A stretch of DNA of 64,000 nt from an uncultured Collinsella sp. (GCA_902479075.1 CABSNK010000012.1:10498-74497), one strand, 5' to 3'; numbered from the stretch's first letter, positions 8,834-18,793 are shown. A program made the numbers and translations. The notes: generated from the sequence alone by a model not told the origin.

Positions 8834-9856
8834 ATGACGGCAAGCACATCGACCGCAGCAAATAAAAAGAGTTCGGCAGAGCCGGGATACGACAAAACTG
8901 CCCAGCGTATCCTCAATCTTTTCTTTGTGCTCAACAGTTCCCCTGAACCGCTGACTACCGAGCAGATCGTTTTGGACTCCGATTTGGGCTACGGCTCGGG
9001 CAATACCGATTCGGACAAACGCAAGTTTCGTCGTGACCGCGAAAAACTACTCGAGCGCGGCATCGTGATTAAGGAGGTTCGCGCACCCGGCTCCCAGGAA
9101 ACCGAAGAAAGTGCCTGGGCCGTCGACCGTGACCACACGTTTGCCGCCGGCGGTCTGATTACCGCCGAGGACGCAGACATCCTTATGGACGCCATAGACC
9201 AGATGCTCGCCGCCGGATCGTCCACTTTTTCCACCCCGCTCGCCGATATTCGGTCCAAGATCGCATACCTGACCGGCGAGGCGGACGTCCCGGAGACGCG
9301 TGCCCTGCGCTCTCCTATGGTTGATGCCGTATGGAGCGCTTTCGCCGAGCGTTGCGCGCTGCGCTTCCTGTATCAAAACGGACGCGGGGAACAGCGTCAA
9401 CGCACCGTCTGCGTCTATGGCATGTTCGAGCGCGAGGGCATTTCGTATTTCTGCGGTCTGGATGATGCATCCGGTACCGTTAGGACATTTCGCTGCGACC
9501 GCATCGTCCGCGCCTGGAAACCTTCCGGCTTTTACACCATCCCCAGCGACTTTAACCTCAACGACCAGCTGTTCTTTGAGTTCGATTTTGCCGACCGCGA
9601 CCCCATCGCGGCCACATTCTCGTTTTCCGCCGAGACGCCGGCAGACATGGTCCACGCCCTTACGCAAGGACGCGGAAGCCTCGATCGCGCAGACAAAGGA
9701 TGGACATGGACCGTTGGTGTGCGCGACCTAGATGCCGCCGCCTCATTTTGTATGGAGCACAGCGCCGACAACATGAGGCCCGTAGCGCCCGACGCACTCA
9801 AACAGGCTTGGAACCGCCTCATCGAAAGGACGGTGAATGTCCATGTCCGTGCGTAA
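8834..9856 (+). CDS. WYL-domain transcriptional regulator, PafB-like
   Basis: N-terminal wHTH (AQRILNLFFVLNSSPEPLTTEQI). WYL core ISYFCGLDDASGTVRTFRCDRIVRAW. GAGGA RBS. Confidence 0.7.
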   Translation: MTASTSTAANKKSSAEPGYDKTAQRILNLFFVLNSSPEPLTTEQIVLDSDLGYGSGNTDSDKRKFRRDREKLLERGIVIKEVRAPGSQETEESAWAVDRDHTFAAGGLITAEDADILMDAIDQMLAAGSSTFSTPLADIRSKIAYLTGEADVPETRALRSPMVDAVWSAFAERCALRFLYQNGRGEQRQRTVCVYGMFEREGISYFCGLDDASGTVRTFRCDRIVRAWKPSGFYTIPSDFNLNDQLFFEFDFADRDPIAATFSFSAETPADMVHALTQGRGSLDRADKGWTWTVGVRDLDAAASFCMEHSADNMRPVAPDALKQAWNRLIERTVNVHVRA

Positions 9857-10760
9857 ACTCACGAGCGAGCAAAGGCTCTCGCGCGCCATCGACATCATGG
9901 AAGCCCTCTATGCCGTTGGCGAGAAGGGCATGGAGCGCAGTGAAATCTGTAGTCGCTTCGACATCACCAGCGCTTCACTCGATGAGATTATCGGCATCAT
10001 TTCGACGCTCGCCGACCGGGAATCGGGAGCACGCGTCATCTGTGAATGCCGTGACGAGCGCGTCATTCTGACGGGCGAGGCGGGCCGTGTGCTGCCGTTG
10101 CGTCTCAGTGCGGCCGAGGGCGCCGTACTCAACCATGAACTTGAGTCGTTAGGCATCGAACCGGCAACGGCAGCACGCATCCGCCGCGCGCTTCTGCCCG
10201 AGGAACTGGGGTATAACCAGCGCGTTGTCGACACTGTTGCGCGCGGCTCCCATTGGCAGCAGCTCAACTGCGCCATCCAGGACGGCGTTCGCTGCCGCAT
10301 CACCTATCGCTCGCTTGGCGACGGGCACGCGCGGGAGCGCACCATTGACCCCCTGTGCATTATGACGAACGGCGATAGCATGTACCTGGTAGCCTGGGAC
10401 ACCGAGCAGAATGCGCAGCGCCGCTATCGCCTCGACAAGATCGAGGATATCGTCCTGACCGACGACTCGGTCGAGCGGCACCACTCAAAGATTACGACCC
10501 TTCAAGACTCGCTTGCGAAAGCGGGACGCGAAACAAAGCTCGCGATGCCGCTCAATCTTGCCGACCATCTAGATTGGGCGGGCATCACATCGGTCAATCG
10601 GGCTGACGAGGACACGGCGATCGTAACCGTCCGCTACACGTCCGAAGCGTGGCTATTTGCCCAAGTAATGGCAAAGGGCGGAGCCATCCGCATCATGGAT
10701 GACCCCGCCTTGTCAAAGCGCCTGTGCGACTATGCGGAGACGCTCGTCTGTCCGCTCTAA
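9837..10760 (+). CDS. WYL-domain transcriptional regulator, PafC-like; overlaps the upstream gene by 20 nt
   Basis: wHTH (RAIDIMEALYAVGEKGMERSEICSRFDI). WYL core SMYLVAWDTEQNAQRRYRLDKIEDI. Confidence 0.7.
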   Translation: MSMSVRKLTSEQRLSRAIDIMEALYAVGEKGMERSEICSRFDITSASLDEIIGIISTLADRESGARVICECRDERVILTGEAGRVLPLRLSAAEGAVLNHELESLGIEPATAARIRRALLPEELGYNQRVVDTVARGSHWQQLNCAIQDGVRCRITYRSLGDGHARERTIDPLCIMTNGDSMYLVAWDTEQNAQRRYRLDKIEDIVLTDDSVERHHSKITTLQDSLAKAGRETKLAMPLNLADHLDWAGITSVNRADEDTAIVTVRYTSEAWLFAQVMAKGGAIRIMDDPALSKRLCDYAETLVCPL

Positions 10761-13651
10761 TGCCGTCGGTCGTGCGCCTGTCGCCATAACTGCAGGTAGT
10801 GGCCGATCTGGGCTGACTCGATACGCTGGTATGAACTGGTGGGCAGCGATGTCAAAAACTTCTTGCCATACCCCTTCGTCACCAGGCGAGGATCCGCCAA
10901 GATCAGCACACCGCTATCGGTCGACGAGCGAATCAAACGCCCCGCGGCCTGCTTGACCTCGAGCACCGCCTCGGGTAGCGAATAGCGCGCCCAAGCACGG
11001 TCCTCACGCAGGTTACGCTCGCAGGAGAGCGGGTCGGTAGGGCTGGAGAACGGCAGCTTGGGAATGATGACGCAGCGCAGCGTCTCACCGCTGGCGTCAA
11101 AGCCCTCCCAAAAGGCCTTGAGAGCGAAGAGCGACGAAGCCGGCTCGTTGATAAACCGGTCGCGTAAGCGACGAGGAGATGAGTTGCGCTGTTGGCAGTT
11201 GAGCTCCAGACCCGCACGGGCAAGCTTGGGCTCAACGCGAGCGTACAGGTCCTCCATGTCGCGCCGGTTGGTGAACAGCGTGAGCACCGATCCGCCCATG
11301 GCGAGATGCGCATCGACCAGCACATGTTCAAGGGATGCCAGATATGCCTCGCGGTCGCGCGGATCGGGAATATCTCCGGCGACGACTACGGCCATGTTCG
11401 AATCGAAGTCGTAGCTCGAATCCAAGTGCAGCGATGAGGATGTTGAAGCACCGATGCGATCGAGCCCGACAGCATGGTTGAAGTGTTCAAAGCTTTTGGA
11501 CACCGTCATGGTCGCTGAGGCAAAGATAGCCGTGTGAACCTCGGGCAGCCACTCGGTTGCCAAGGCCTCGCCAATGTCGATACGCTCTGCGGTCATCGAC
11601 TCTCCGCCGGCACGCAGCCTGCGATTGACCTGCAGCGAATACACGTAGTGTTCATCGGTGCCATCAATGATGAGTTTGAGGTTCTCGGCCAGCTCGTGCA
11701 GGCGGCGCGAGATATCACCCAGGTCGACAACGACCTCGGGCTTGTCGGCGGCGACGGCTTGCACCAGCGCGTCGACGCTCTTGTCAGCTTGTTCCAATGC
11801 GTCGATGGCAGTGTAGGCCGACTGTAAGAAATCATGCCAGTCGTCAGATTCGCGCAGCTCGGGACCAATCCATAGATTGGCGTTGTCATAACCCCCACGG
11901 GCACGACGGCCAAGCTCGCGGACACCATCAAACACGTCGGCGATTGCCATGCTCGCGCGCGCGACGGTAGACGTCGCTTTGGCAGTAAGTCCCAGATAGA
12001 GTGTAGAGCCTTCGGATGTCGCCAAATCGCGAGAAACCTGGCTCAACGCGCCAGTGCTCGAGCCGCCCAGACGCTCAAACAGAACGCGCGATTCGTCCGC
12101 CGAGACCACGCGCGCCCACTGACGACGCGCCTCGCGCTCGATAGAATGGGCCTCGTCGATTACCCAATGGCGAATCGGAGGCAAAATCCTCCCCTCGGCC
12201 GCAACATTGCGGAACAGCAGAGAATGGTTCGTAACAACCACATCGGCATGCGCCGCACGACGGCGTGCGCCGTGGACGAGGCATTTATCAGGGAAAAACG
12301 GGCAGAGGCGACGAGCACACTCACGCGAGGCCGTCGTAAAGTCGGGACGGTTGACGCTGCGCCAGCGGATGCCAAGCGAATCAAGGTCGCCGTCGGCTGA
12401 CTGGCAGACGTACGCCATGATCACGGCAACCGCCGTAAGCGTGTCGGCGGGATCACGTTTGGTTGTAATTTCGACTTGGCCGCGGCTCATACGCTCAAGT
12501 TTGCGCAAACATGGATAGTGGTCGTACCCCTTCAATGCGCAAAACGACAAGCCACCCGGCAGTTGCTCGGCAAGTTTTGGCAGCTCATGGTACATGAGCT
12601 GGTCGGCGAGGTTATTCGATTTGGTCGCAATGCCAACAGTGATGTTATTACGTCGCGCCGCCTCGGCAAAAGGCACCAGATAGGCCATCGATTTACCGAC
12701 GCCCGTGCCCGCCTCGATCACGCGATGGGTACCAGTGACCAGCGCATCGCGCACCTCAACCGCCATCGCGATCTGCTCGTCGCGCGGCTCATAGGTGGGG
12801 TACATACGATTGACCAGGCCGCCAGGGGCATAGTCCGCCTCAACCTCCTCACGACTCGGCATCTTAAGGACCGGCAGTTCGTCGGCGTCCACTCGATCGT
12901 CGGCGCGGTCTGCCTTGAGAACGTCAGTACGAGCGGCGCTGAGAGAGAAGATGGACCCGGGGTTCTGCCCTGCCAAGAACGAGAAGATAGGACGATAGGA
13001 CCAGGGCACATCGGGGTGCATGTCGGCCAGGCGCGCCATAAGGCCTTGGGGCAAGTCGGTGAGGGCAACGAGCAACACGCGCCACACGCCGCACAGGGCA
13101 TCGACATCGGCGTTGGCGCGGTGCGACACCGAATCGCAGCCGAACAGGTCAGCCATAAAAGACAGCTTGTGCGAAGCCAAGCGCGGAAGCGCGATGCGCG
13201 ATAGCGCCAACGAATCAATCCAGATATCGCTCACGTTGACACCGCCCTTAACCGACTCGATAAACGATCGGTCGAAGGTGGCGTTGTGCGCGATCACCGG
13301 ACATCCGCCGACAAAATCGGCGAGAGCAGACACGGCTTCAACGGCTGACGGAGCATCGGACACGTCAGCGTTCGTGATGCTTGTGAGCTCGGTAATCTCG
13401 GCGGGAATCAGCTGCTTGGGATGCACAAAAGTATCAAAACGCTCTACGACCTCGCGGCCCGAAAGACGGGCCGCGGAGATCTCGATCAGTTCGTTGTCTT
13501 GCACCGACAAACCCGTGGTCTCGGTATCGAGGACGATGACATCCTCCTCGATAAGACCGAACGACTGCGTCTTGGCGCGCTCGGCGAGCGTGGCATAGGC
13601 ATCGATGACAAATTTCGGCGTTCCAGGAGATACAGCGTCCTCGATTAGCAT
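10757..13651 (-). CDS. dinG: DinG-type ATP-dependent helicase fused to an N-terminal DnaQ-like 3'-5' exonuclease
   Basis: VIVLDTETTGL...IEISAARL (Exo I). AGTGVGKSMAYLVP (Walker A). VIDEAHSIE (DEAH). C-terminal helicase motifs. Overlaps the ddl stop by 7 nt. Confidence 0.88.
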   Translation of the reverse strand: MLIEDAVSPGTPKFVIDAYATLAERAKTQSFGLIEEDVIVLDTETTGLSVQDNELIEISAARLSGREVVERFDTFVHPKQLIPAEITELTSITNADVSDAPSAVEAVSALADFVGGCPVIAHNATFDRSFIESVKGGVNVSDIWIDSLALSRIALPRLASHKLSFMADLFGCDSVSHRANADVDALCGVWRVLLVALTDLPQGLMARLADMHPDVPWSYRPIFSFLAGQNPGSIFSLSAARTDVLKADRADDRVDADELPVLKMPSREEVEADYAPGGLVNRMYPTYEPRDEQIAMAVEVRDALVTGTHRVIEAGTGVGKSMAYLVPFAEAARRNNITVGIATKSNNLADQLMYHELPKLAEQLPGGLSFCALKGYDHYPCLRKLERMSRGQVEITTKRDPADTLTAVAVIMAYVCQSADGDLDSLGIRWRSVNRPDFTTASRECARRLCPFFPDKCLVHGARRRAAHADVVVTNHSLLFRNVAAEGRILPPIRHWVIDEAHSIEREARRQWARVVSADESRVLFERLGGSSTGALSQVSRDLATSEGSTLYLGLTAKATSTVARASMAIADVFDGVRELGRRARGGYDNANLWIGPELRESDDWHDFLQSAYTAIDALEQADKSVDALVQAVAADKPEVVVDLGDISRRLHELAENLKLIIDGTDEHYVYSLQVNRRLRAGGESMTAERIDIGEALATEWLPEVHTAIFASATMTVSKSFEHFNHAVGLDRIGASTSSSLHLDSSYDFDSNMAVVVAGDIPDPRDREAYLASLEHVLVDAHLAMGGSVLTLFTNRRDMEDLYARVEPKLARAGLELNCQQRNSSPRRLRDRFINEPASSLFALKAFWEGFDASGETLRCVIIPKLPFSSPTDPLSCERNLREDRAWARYSLPEAVLEVKQAAGRLIRSSTDSGVLILADPRLVTKGYGKKFLTSLPTSSYQRIESAQIGHYLQLWRQAHDRRH

Positions 13652-14610
13652 GCAACGCCCGCTCGACGAAGGCCCATGCGAATCAGACTGTCACAGACCT
13701 GGGGGAACGTCATATCGTCGGTATGGCGGATCTCGTCCGGATACAGCGACGTATCGGTCATGCCGGGAATGGTGTTGGTCTCGAGAATGACGGGGCCGTC
13801 TTCACTCACGATAAAGTCGCTGCGCGAAATGCCCAGACAGCCGAGGGCCTTGTGGGCAGCGCAAGCAAGCTCCTGGGCGCGGGCGTAGTTTTCAGGCGAA
13901 ATCTGCGCCGGAATACGGTGGATATCCGTAGGGTCGACGTACTTAACGTCCAAGTCGTAGAACTCACAGTCCTCAGGCTTGCGAATCTCGACGATCGGCA
14001 GGGCACGCACATCGTCCTCGCCGTACACGCCTACCGTAATCTCGGTTCCCTCGATGCACTTCTCGACGAGCACTTTGTCACCATACTCGAATGCCTTCTT
14101 GATGGCAGCCGGCAGCTCGGAAGGCTCATGCACCAGCGAAATGCCGTAGCTCGAACCATTGACAGCAGGCTTCACGAAGCAGCGTTCGCCACAGACTTCG
14201 ACGATATGGTCGATATCAACCTCGTCGCCCGTCTCGAGCGCCAGGCCGGGGGCGACGGGAATCCCCGCCTTGGCGTACAAGAGCTTGGATACTTCTTTGT
14301 CCGCACCGCAAGCGCTGGCCAGAACGCCCGATGCCGTGTAGGGGATACCCAAGGTCTCCATGGCGCCCTGCATGGCGCCATCCTCGCCGCCAGCACCGTG
14401 CATGGCGATAAATGCCACATCGAAGCCACCGGTCGCCATAGTCACCATAAAGTCATCGGCGGCCGTATCGAGCAGCTCCACCGAAGTGTAGCCAGCCTCC
14501 TTCAAGGCCACCACGACGTTTTTTCCCGAATTGAGCGAGATCTCACGCTCAGCGGAATGACCGCCCGCCAAGACCGCTACGTGCATGTTCTCTAGGCTTT
14601 TACCCGGCAT
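13645..14610 (-). CDS. ddl: D-alanine--D-alanine ligase
   Basis: MHVAVLAGGHSAEREISLNSG..., ATP-grasp motifs, ETNTIPGMT. GGAGGAG RBS. Confidence 0.92.
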   Translation of the reverse strand: MPGKSLENMHVAVLAGGHSAEREISLNSGKNVVVALKEAGYTSVELLDTAADDFMVTMATGGFDVAFIAMHGAGGEDGAMQGAMETLGIPYTASGVLASACGADKEVSKLLYAKAGIPVAPGLALETGDEVDIDHIVEVCGERCFVKPAVNGSSYGISLVHEPSELPAAIKKAFEYGDKVLVEKCIEGTEITVGVYGEDDVRALPIVEIRKPEDCEFYDLDVKYVDPTDIHRIPAQISPENYARAQELACAAHKALGCLGISRSDFIVSEDGPVILETNTIPGMTDTSLYPDEIRHTDDMTFPQVCDSLIRMGLRRAGVAC

Positions 14611-14695
14611 GGGCAGACTCCTCCTCTATAATTTCTGCAGCTGATACCATATTGTAGCGATACCGTCTACGTTTCCCCAAAATCGAAAGGCTTCC

Positions 14696-15748
14696 ATGAA
14701 TCCCAGGACTAAATCTCAGGACATTCGCGACTTGAGCCAAAACGATATTCGCGAGCTCGTTGCCGAACTCGGCCAGCCCACCTTCCGCGCCAAACAGCTC
14801 ATTGAATGGGTTTTTGAAAAGAACGTTTGTTCGTTTGACGATATGACCAACCTTCCGAAGGCCTTCCGCGAGCAGCTCAAAGAGGCATTTGCTTTTGACA
14901 CGCCGACCGAGCTCACCAAGCAGGTCTCCAAGGACGGCTCCCGTAAATACCTCCTCGAGTATCACGACGGCATCTCCGTCGAGACTGTCGGCATGCCCCG
15001 TCGCAACAAGCTCTCCGTTTGCGTATCCACCCAGGCCGGCTGCGGTATGGGATGTGCATTTTGCGCTACCGGCCTGAACGGCCTCAAGCGTTCGTTGACC
15101 GCACAAGAGATCGTTGACCAGGTGCTCCATGTCTCCAATGACTTTGGCGAGCGCGCAACGAGCGTCGTGTTCATGGGCCAGGGCGAGCCGTTTGCCAACT
15201 ACGACGAGGTCCTCAAGGCGCTGCGTATCCTCAACGACCCCGATGGCATCGGCATTGGAGCACGTCACCTTACTGTTTCTACCAGCGGCGTTATCCCTGG
15301 AATTCGCAAGTTTGCAGATATTCCCGAGCAGTTCACGCTCGCCGTCTCGCTGCACTCCGCTATCCAGTCGACGCGCAACAAGCTCATGCCGGGCGTTAAG
15401 AAGTACACGCTCCTGCGCCTCCACGAGGCCCTTCAGCTCTACACTGAAAAGACCGGTCGCCGTCCAACCTATGAGTACGCCATGATTGAGGGTGTCAACG
15501 ACACTAACCCCGAGATGCAGGCGCTCTGCGACTTCTGCGAGGGCACGCTGTGCCACGTCAACCTGATTCAGCTTAACGATATTGAGGGCAGCCCGCTCAA
15601 GCCGTCGCCGATCCATAAGGTTGAAGATCTTCAGCGGCGTCTTGAGTCTCGCGGCATCGAGACCACGATCCGAAATTCCCGCGGCAACGATATCGACGCG
15701 GCCTGCGGTCAGTTGAAGCAGCGTTTCAAGATCCAAAAGAACGCATAG
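14696..15748 (+). CDS. rlmN: 23S rRNA/tRNA (adenine-C2)-methyltransferase, radical SAM
   Basis: CVSTQAGCGMGCAFCATG radical-SAM cluster, GEPFANYD, terminal CGQL. Confidence 0.92.
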   Translation: MNPRTKSQDIRDLSQNDIRELVAELGQPTFRAKQLIEWVFEKNVCSFDDMTNLPKAFREQLKEAFAFDTPTELTKQVSKDGSRKYLLEYHDGISVETVGMPRRNKLSVCVSTQAGCGMGCAFCATGLNGLKRSLTAQEIVDQVLHVSNDFGERATSVVFMGQGEPFANYDEVLKALRILNDPDGIGIGARHLTVSTSGVIPGIRKFADIPEQFTLAVSLHSAIQSTRNKLMPGVKKYTLLRLHEALQLYTEKTGRRPTYEYAMIEGVNDTNPEMQALCDFCEGTLCHVNLIQLNDIEGSPLKPSPIHKVEDLQRRLESRGIETTIRNSRGNDIDAACGQLKQRFKIQKNA

Positions 15749-15764
15749 GGGAGACCAACCTAAA

Positions 15765-15780
15765 CGTTTCATGTGAAACA
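15765..15780. promoter_or_regulatory. Degenerate parS-like site
   Basis: CGTTTCATGTGAAACA, 2 mismatches to TGTTTCACGTGAAACA. Confidence 0.5.
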
Positions 15781-15783
15781 TCG

Positions 15784-15819
15784 AACGGCCTCGGTTGTTT
15801 AATTGCAACCGAGGCCGTT
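15784..15819 (+). terminator. Terminator hairpin after rlmN
   Basis: 14-bp stem AACGGCCTCGGTTG/CAACCGAGGCCGTT with loop TTTAATTG. Confidence 0.65.
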
Positions 15820-15941
15820 TCATATCAATCGGCTATCCGCATCTCCCGATCGTTCTGCTTCTATTTCGGAAGAAATAAGGGGGCCTTGTTCTGGTGTTCA
15901 GACAAGGACCCCTTCAAAATAGGCGAGTAATTGTTAGGTAC

Positions 15942-16196
15942 CTAATAGCCTACATTATCCCACTGGCGATTAACCCAATCTTGATTAATCTTGGGATTCT
16001 TGGTTACCTGGGCAGTTCGCATGGCGACATCTTCCGTCATAACATCCATTTTCTTCTTAGATGTATCAACGATATCCTGTGCACTACGAAGCAAACGGCC
16101 ACGGAGTTCTTTGTCCGTTGCGATCTTATATCCAGCAAATGCACCAGCAGCCACCGTTGCTGCCAAAGCAACAGCTGTCAAAAACTTATTCTTCAT
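15942..16196 (-). CDS. Small N-terminally anchored protein (YtxH-like?), last gene of the par operon
   Basis: ATG start at MKNKFLTAVALAATVAAGAFAG overlaps the parB stop by 11 nt. Low GC, like parAB. A terminator hairpin follows at 15877-15914. Confidence 0.6.
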   Translation of the reverse strand: MKNKFLTAVALAATVAAGAFAGYKIATDKELRGRLLRSAQDIVDTSKKKMDVMTEDVAMRTAQVTKNPKINQDWVNRQWDNVGY

Positions 16197-17082
16197 CCTG
16201 GTCACCCTGTTCAAATTGAATCATTTCACCCAGAATACGTGAGAGCTCTTCCTCATCTTTGAACTCAATTTCAATCTTGTTCTTTCCACGCGAACTCTTC
16301 ACGCGCACGTTAGTATTAAATACCTGACGAAGAACGCGCGCAGCTTTCTTGAACGACTGTGGTGTTGCAGGCCTAGGGGTCTTTGGTGTCTCTCCGGCAG
16401 AAAATAACGGAGCAAGATTTTCTGTCGCACGGACCGAAAGACCTTCTGCAACAACCTTCTCCGCAAGCCTAATTCTGGCATCCTCATATGAAACGGCAAG
16501 GATTGCCCTAGCGTGACCTGCTGTGAGCTTTCCTTCAAATATCATCTGCTGGACGACTTCAGGAAGATCCAGAAGGCGAAGTGAATTTGTAATTGCAGAA
16601 CGTGACTTGCTGACAGCCTTTGATAGAGCCTCCTGGGTCATCCCACTTGCATCAATGAGCTGACGATAGCCTTTTGCCTCTTCTACAGGATTTAGGTCAG
16701 AACGCTGAAGGTTTTCAATAAGTGCAAGAGCAAGCATTTCTTCATCATTAACTTCTTTAATGATGACCGGCAGCTCTTCAAGGCCTGCCAGTTTGGATGC
16801 CTGATAGCGACGCTCGCCAGCAATGATTTCATATCCGTTGCCATGTTTACGAACCAAGAGCGGCTGTAAAACACCGTGTTCCTGGATAGACTCGCTTAGC
16901 TCACGAAGTTCAGTTTCATTGAAGTGAATTCGAGGCTGATTCGGATTGGGAACAATATCCTCGATGGGCAGCTTGGTTTCAGAAGTCGCTGCAGAAGACG
17001 AACCACCGGTTTCATATTCAGCTTCAGAAACCAGTGCGCTCAATCCACGACCTAATCCACTGCGCTTTTTAGGGCTAGGCAC
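16186..17082 (-). CDS. parB: Chromosome partitioning protein ParB/Spo0J
   Basis: GLGRGLSALV, IVPNPNQPRIHF, GVLQPLLVR, HTH region. Confidence 0.93.
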   Translation of the reverse strand: MPSPKKRSGLGRGLSALVSEAEYETGGSSSAATSETKLPIEDIVPNPNQPRIHFNETELRELSESIQEHGVLQPLLVRKHGNGYEIIAGERRYQASKLAGLEELPVIIKEVNDEEMLALALIENLQRSDLNPVEEAKGYRQLIDASGMTQEALSKAVSKSRSAITNSLRLLDLPEVVQQMIFEGKLTAGHARAILAVSYEDARIRLAEKVVAEGLSVRATENLAPLFSAGETPKTPRPATPQSFKKAARVLRQVFNTNVRVKSSRGKNKIEIEFKDEEELSRILGEMIQFEQGDQDEE

Positions 17083-17875
17083 GCTTGATCACCTCTTTTG
17101 CAAGATTCATATATGCTTTTGCACCCTTATTTTGCGGTGCATAAGTAATAACCGGTTCTCCAAAAGAAGGAGCTTCAGAGATTTTAACCGTACGGGGAAT
17201 CAACGTCTTAAAGGCCTTATCACCAAAGTACGACTGAACCTCTTCAACAACCTGATTCGACAGTGATGTCCTCGAGTCATACATGGTCATAAGTACGCCA
17301 TACGTATCCAAGCCCTTATTTAGACGCGATTTGACCATCTTCATTGATTCAAGTAGCTTCGTAACACCCTCAAGTGCATAATACTCGCACTGAATCGGAA
17401 TAAGAACGCTGTCTGCGGCGGTCAATGCGTTAATAGTCAGCAAACCAAGCGAGGGCGGACAGTCAATGAATATAAAATCGAACTCATCTTGAATAGGTTC
17501 AAGCAAATCTTTGAGGCGAGTTTCACGAGCAATTGCGCTTACGAGCTCAATTTCTGCGCCCGCAAGCTGAATTGTTGCCGGAATTACGAATACCTTTTTG
17601 CAATTCGTATCAAGAACAAGCGATTCTGCCGGCACATCATTCAACAATGCATCATAGATGCAGTGGTCAAGGTCTTCTTTTTCAATTCCAAATCCGCTGG
17701 TGCTGTTTCCCTGCGGATCAAAATCGACAATGAGCGTCTTACGACCCTGCTCACCAAGTGCTGCTGCAAGGTTTACAGCCGTCGTTGACTTACCGACGCC
17801 GCCTTTTTGATTGATGATTGCAATAATACGCGTGTCTTTAGCGCTCTTCGAACGCTTAACGTCGCGAAATCCCAC
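17075..17875 (-). CDS. parA: Chromosome partitioning ATPase ParA/Soj
   Basis: Deviant Walker A NQKGGVGKSTTAVNLA. DFDPQGNST. Overlaps parB by 8 nt. Confidence 0.93.
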   Translation of the reverse strand: MGFRDVKRSKSAKDTRIIAIINQKGGVGKSTTAVNLAAALGEQGRKTLIVDFDPQGNSTSGFGIEKEDLDHCIYDALLNDVPAESLVLDTNCKKVFVIPATIQLAGAEIELVSAIARETRLKDLLEPIQDEFDFIFIDCPPSLGLLTINALTAADSVLIPIQCEYYALEGVTKLLESMKMVKSRLNKGLDTYGVLMTMYDSRTSLSNQVVEEVQSYFGDKAFKTLIPRTVKISEAPSFGEPVITYAPQNKGAKAYMNLAKEVIKRA

Positions 17876-17914
17876 GGTCCCTCCTGGTGTGTATTAAAGC
17901 TGTCAAACGGAGGA

Positions 17915-17930
17915 TGTTTCACGTGAAACA
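17915..17930. promoter_or_regulatory. parS site 1 (perfect consensus)
   Basis: TGTTTCACGTGAAACA, within the 18-bp palindrome ATGTTTCACGTGAAACAT. Confidence 0.9.
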
Positions 17931-17953
17931 TTCCGATTCGATATCAACCGCCA

Positions 17954-17969
17954 TGTTTCACGTGAAACA
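17954..17969. promoter_or_regulatory. parS site 2 (perfect consensus)
   Basis: TGTTTCACGTGAAACA. Confidence 0.9.
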
Positions 17970-17992
17970 TGGCAAGTTATTACTATCCATTA

Positions 17993-18008
17993 TGTTTCAC
18001 GTGAAACA
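17993..18008. promoter_or_regulatory. parS site 3 (perfect consensus), abutting the rsmG stop codon
   Basis: TGTTTCACGTGAAACA. Confidence 0.9.
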
Positions 18009-18009
18009 T

Positions 18010-18747
18010 CTAAGCAAGCGGATTCTTCTTTGCCATGCCATTTGCACGAGGCAATGAAACGGATGCTGGATGACTCTTCTTAAGAACAATGAACTCCCTG
18101 TGGCCCAAGCTCTCAGGCAAATCGATTGCGTCATTCAGAAGCAAAGTGAAGCCGCAAATCTTAGCTGCTGACATGCCGGAAGCAAGCTCCTCATCCAACG
18201 GATTGCCCTTCGTGATAACAAATAGCCCTCCATCCTTAAGGTACGGAGCCGCATACTCAACAAGAATCGGTAGAGGGGCGAGTGCGCGAGCGGTTACGAC
18301 AGAGAACTGCTTCTTATGGCTTCGAGCATATTCTTCAAGACGATTATGAACCGCATGAGCATGTTTCAATCCCAGAGCATGAACAAAAGAATTGCAAGCA
18401 TCAACCTTCTTGCCAACAGAGTCAATATAAGTAGCTTTACGATGCGTGGTTATCGTTAATGGAATACCCGGGAAGCCCGCACCTGTTCCCATATCGAGCA
18501 AAGCCCCCTCAGGAGCCTTATTGATATAAGGGATCAAAACAAGCGAGTCAAGAATATGAAGTACTGCAGCATCTTCTACGTTAAGAATACGGGTAAGATT
18601 GGTTGTCTTATTTGTTTCCAGAACCAAATCCAAATGCTGAATACATTTCCTTAGTTCAGAATCAGTTACGCTCAAGGAATATTCTTTGCAATAGGAAGTT
18701 AGACGACTCAGCATCTCTTCAGCCTGCTGATCAGTAAGCACAAACAA
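18010..18747 (-). CDS. rsmG: 16S rRNA (guanine527-N7)-methyltransferase
   Basis: LDMGTGAGFPGIPL SAM motif. Start placed at TTG 18747 (AAGGAG 6 nt upstream). The ORF-track start 18795 would overlap the jag terminator, so the start is uncertain. Confidence 0.85.
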   Translation of the reverse strand: MFVLTDQQAEEMLSRLTSYCKEYSLSVTDSELRKCIQHLDLVLETNKTTNLTRILNVEDAAVLHILDSLVLIPYINKAPEGALLDMGTGAGFPGIPLTITTHRKATYIDSVGKKVDACNSFVHALGLKHAHAVHNRLEEYARSHKKQFSVVTARALAPLPILVEYAAPYLKDGGLFVITKGNPLDEELASGMSAAKICGFTLLLNDAIDLPESLGHREFIVLKKSHPASVSLPRANGMAKKNPLA

Positions 18748-18793
18748 CAGAAGCTCCTTTCTGACAAAAATCAGTGTATCGAGAACTTTTGAC

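Noticed and set aside
14600-15823. 407-aa minus-strand ORF
   Set aside because: It lies antisense to rlmN, whose radical-SAM motifs are clear. Long stop-free antisense frames are typical of high-GC DNA.
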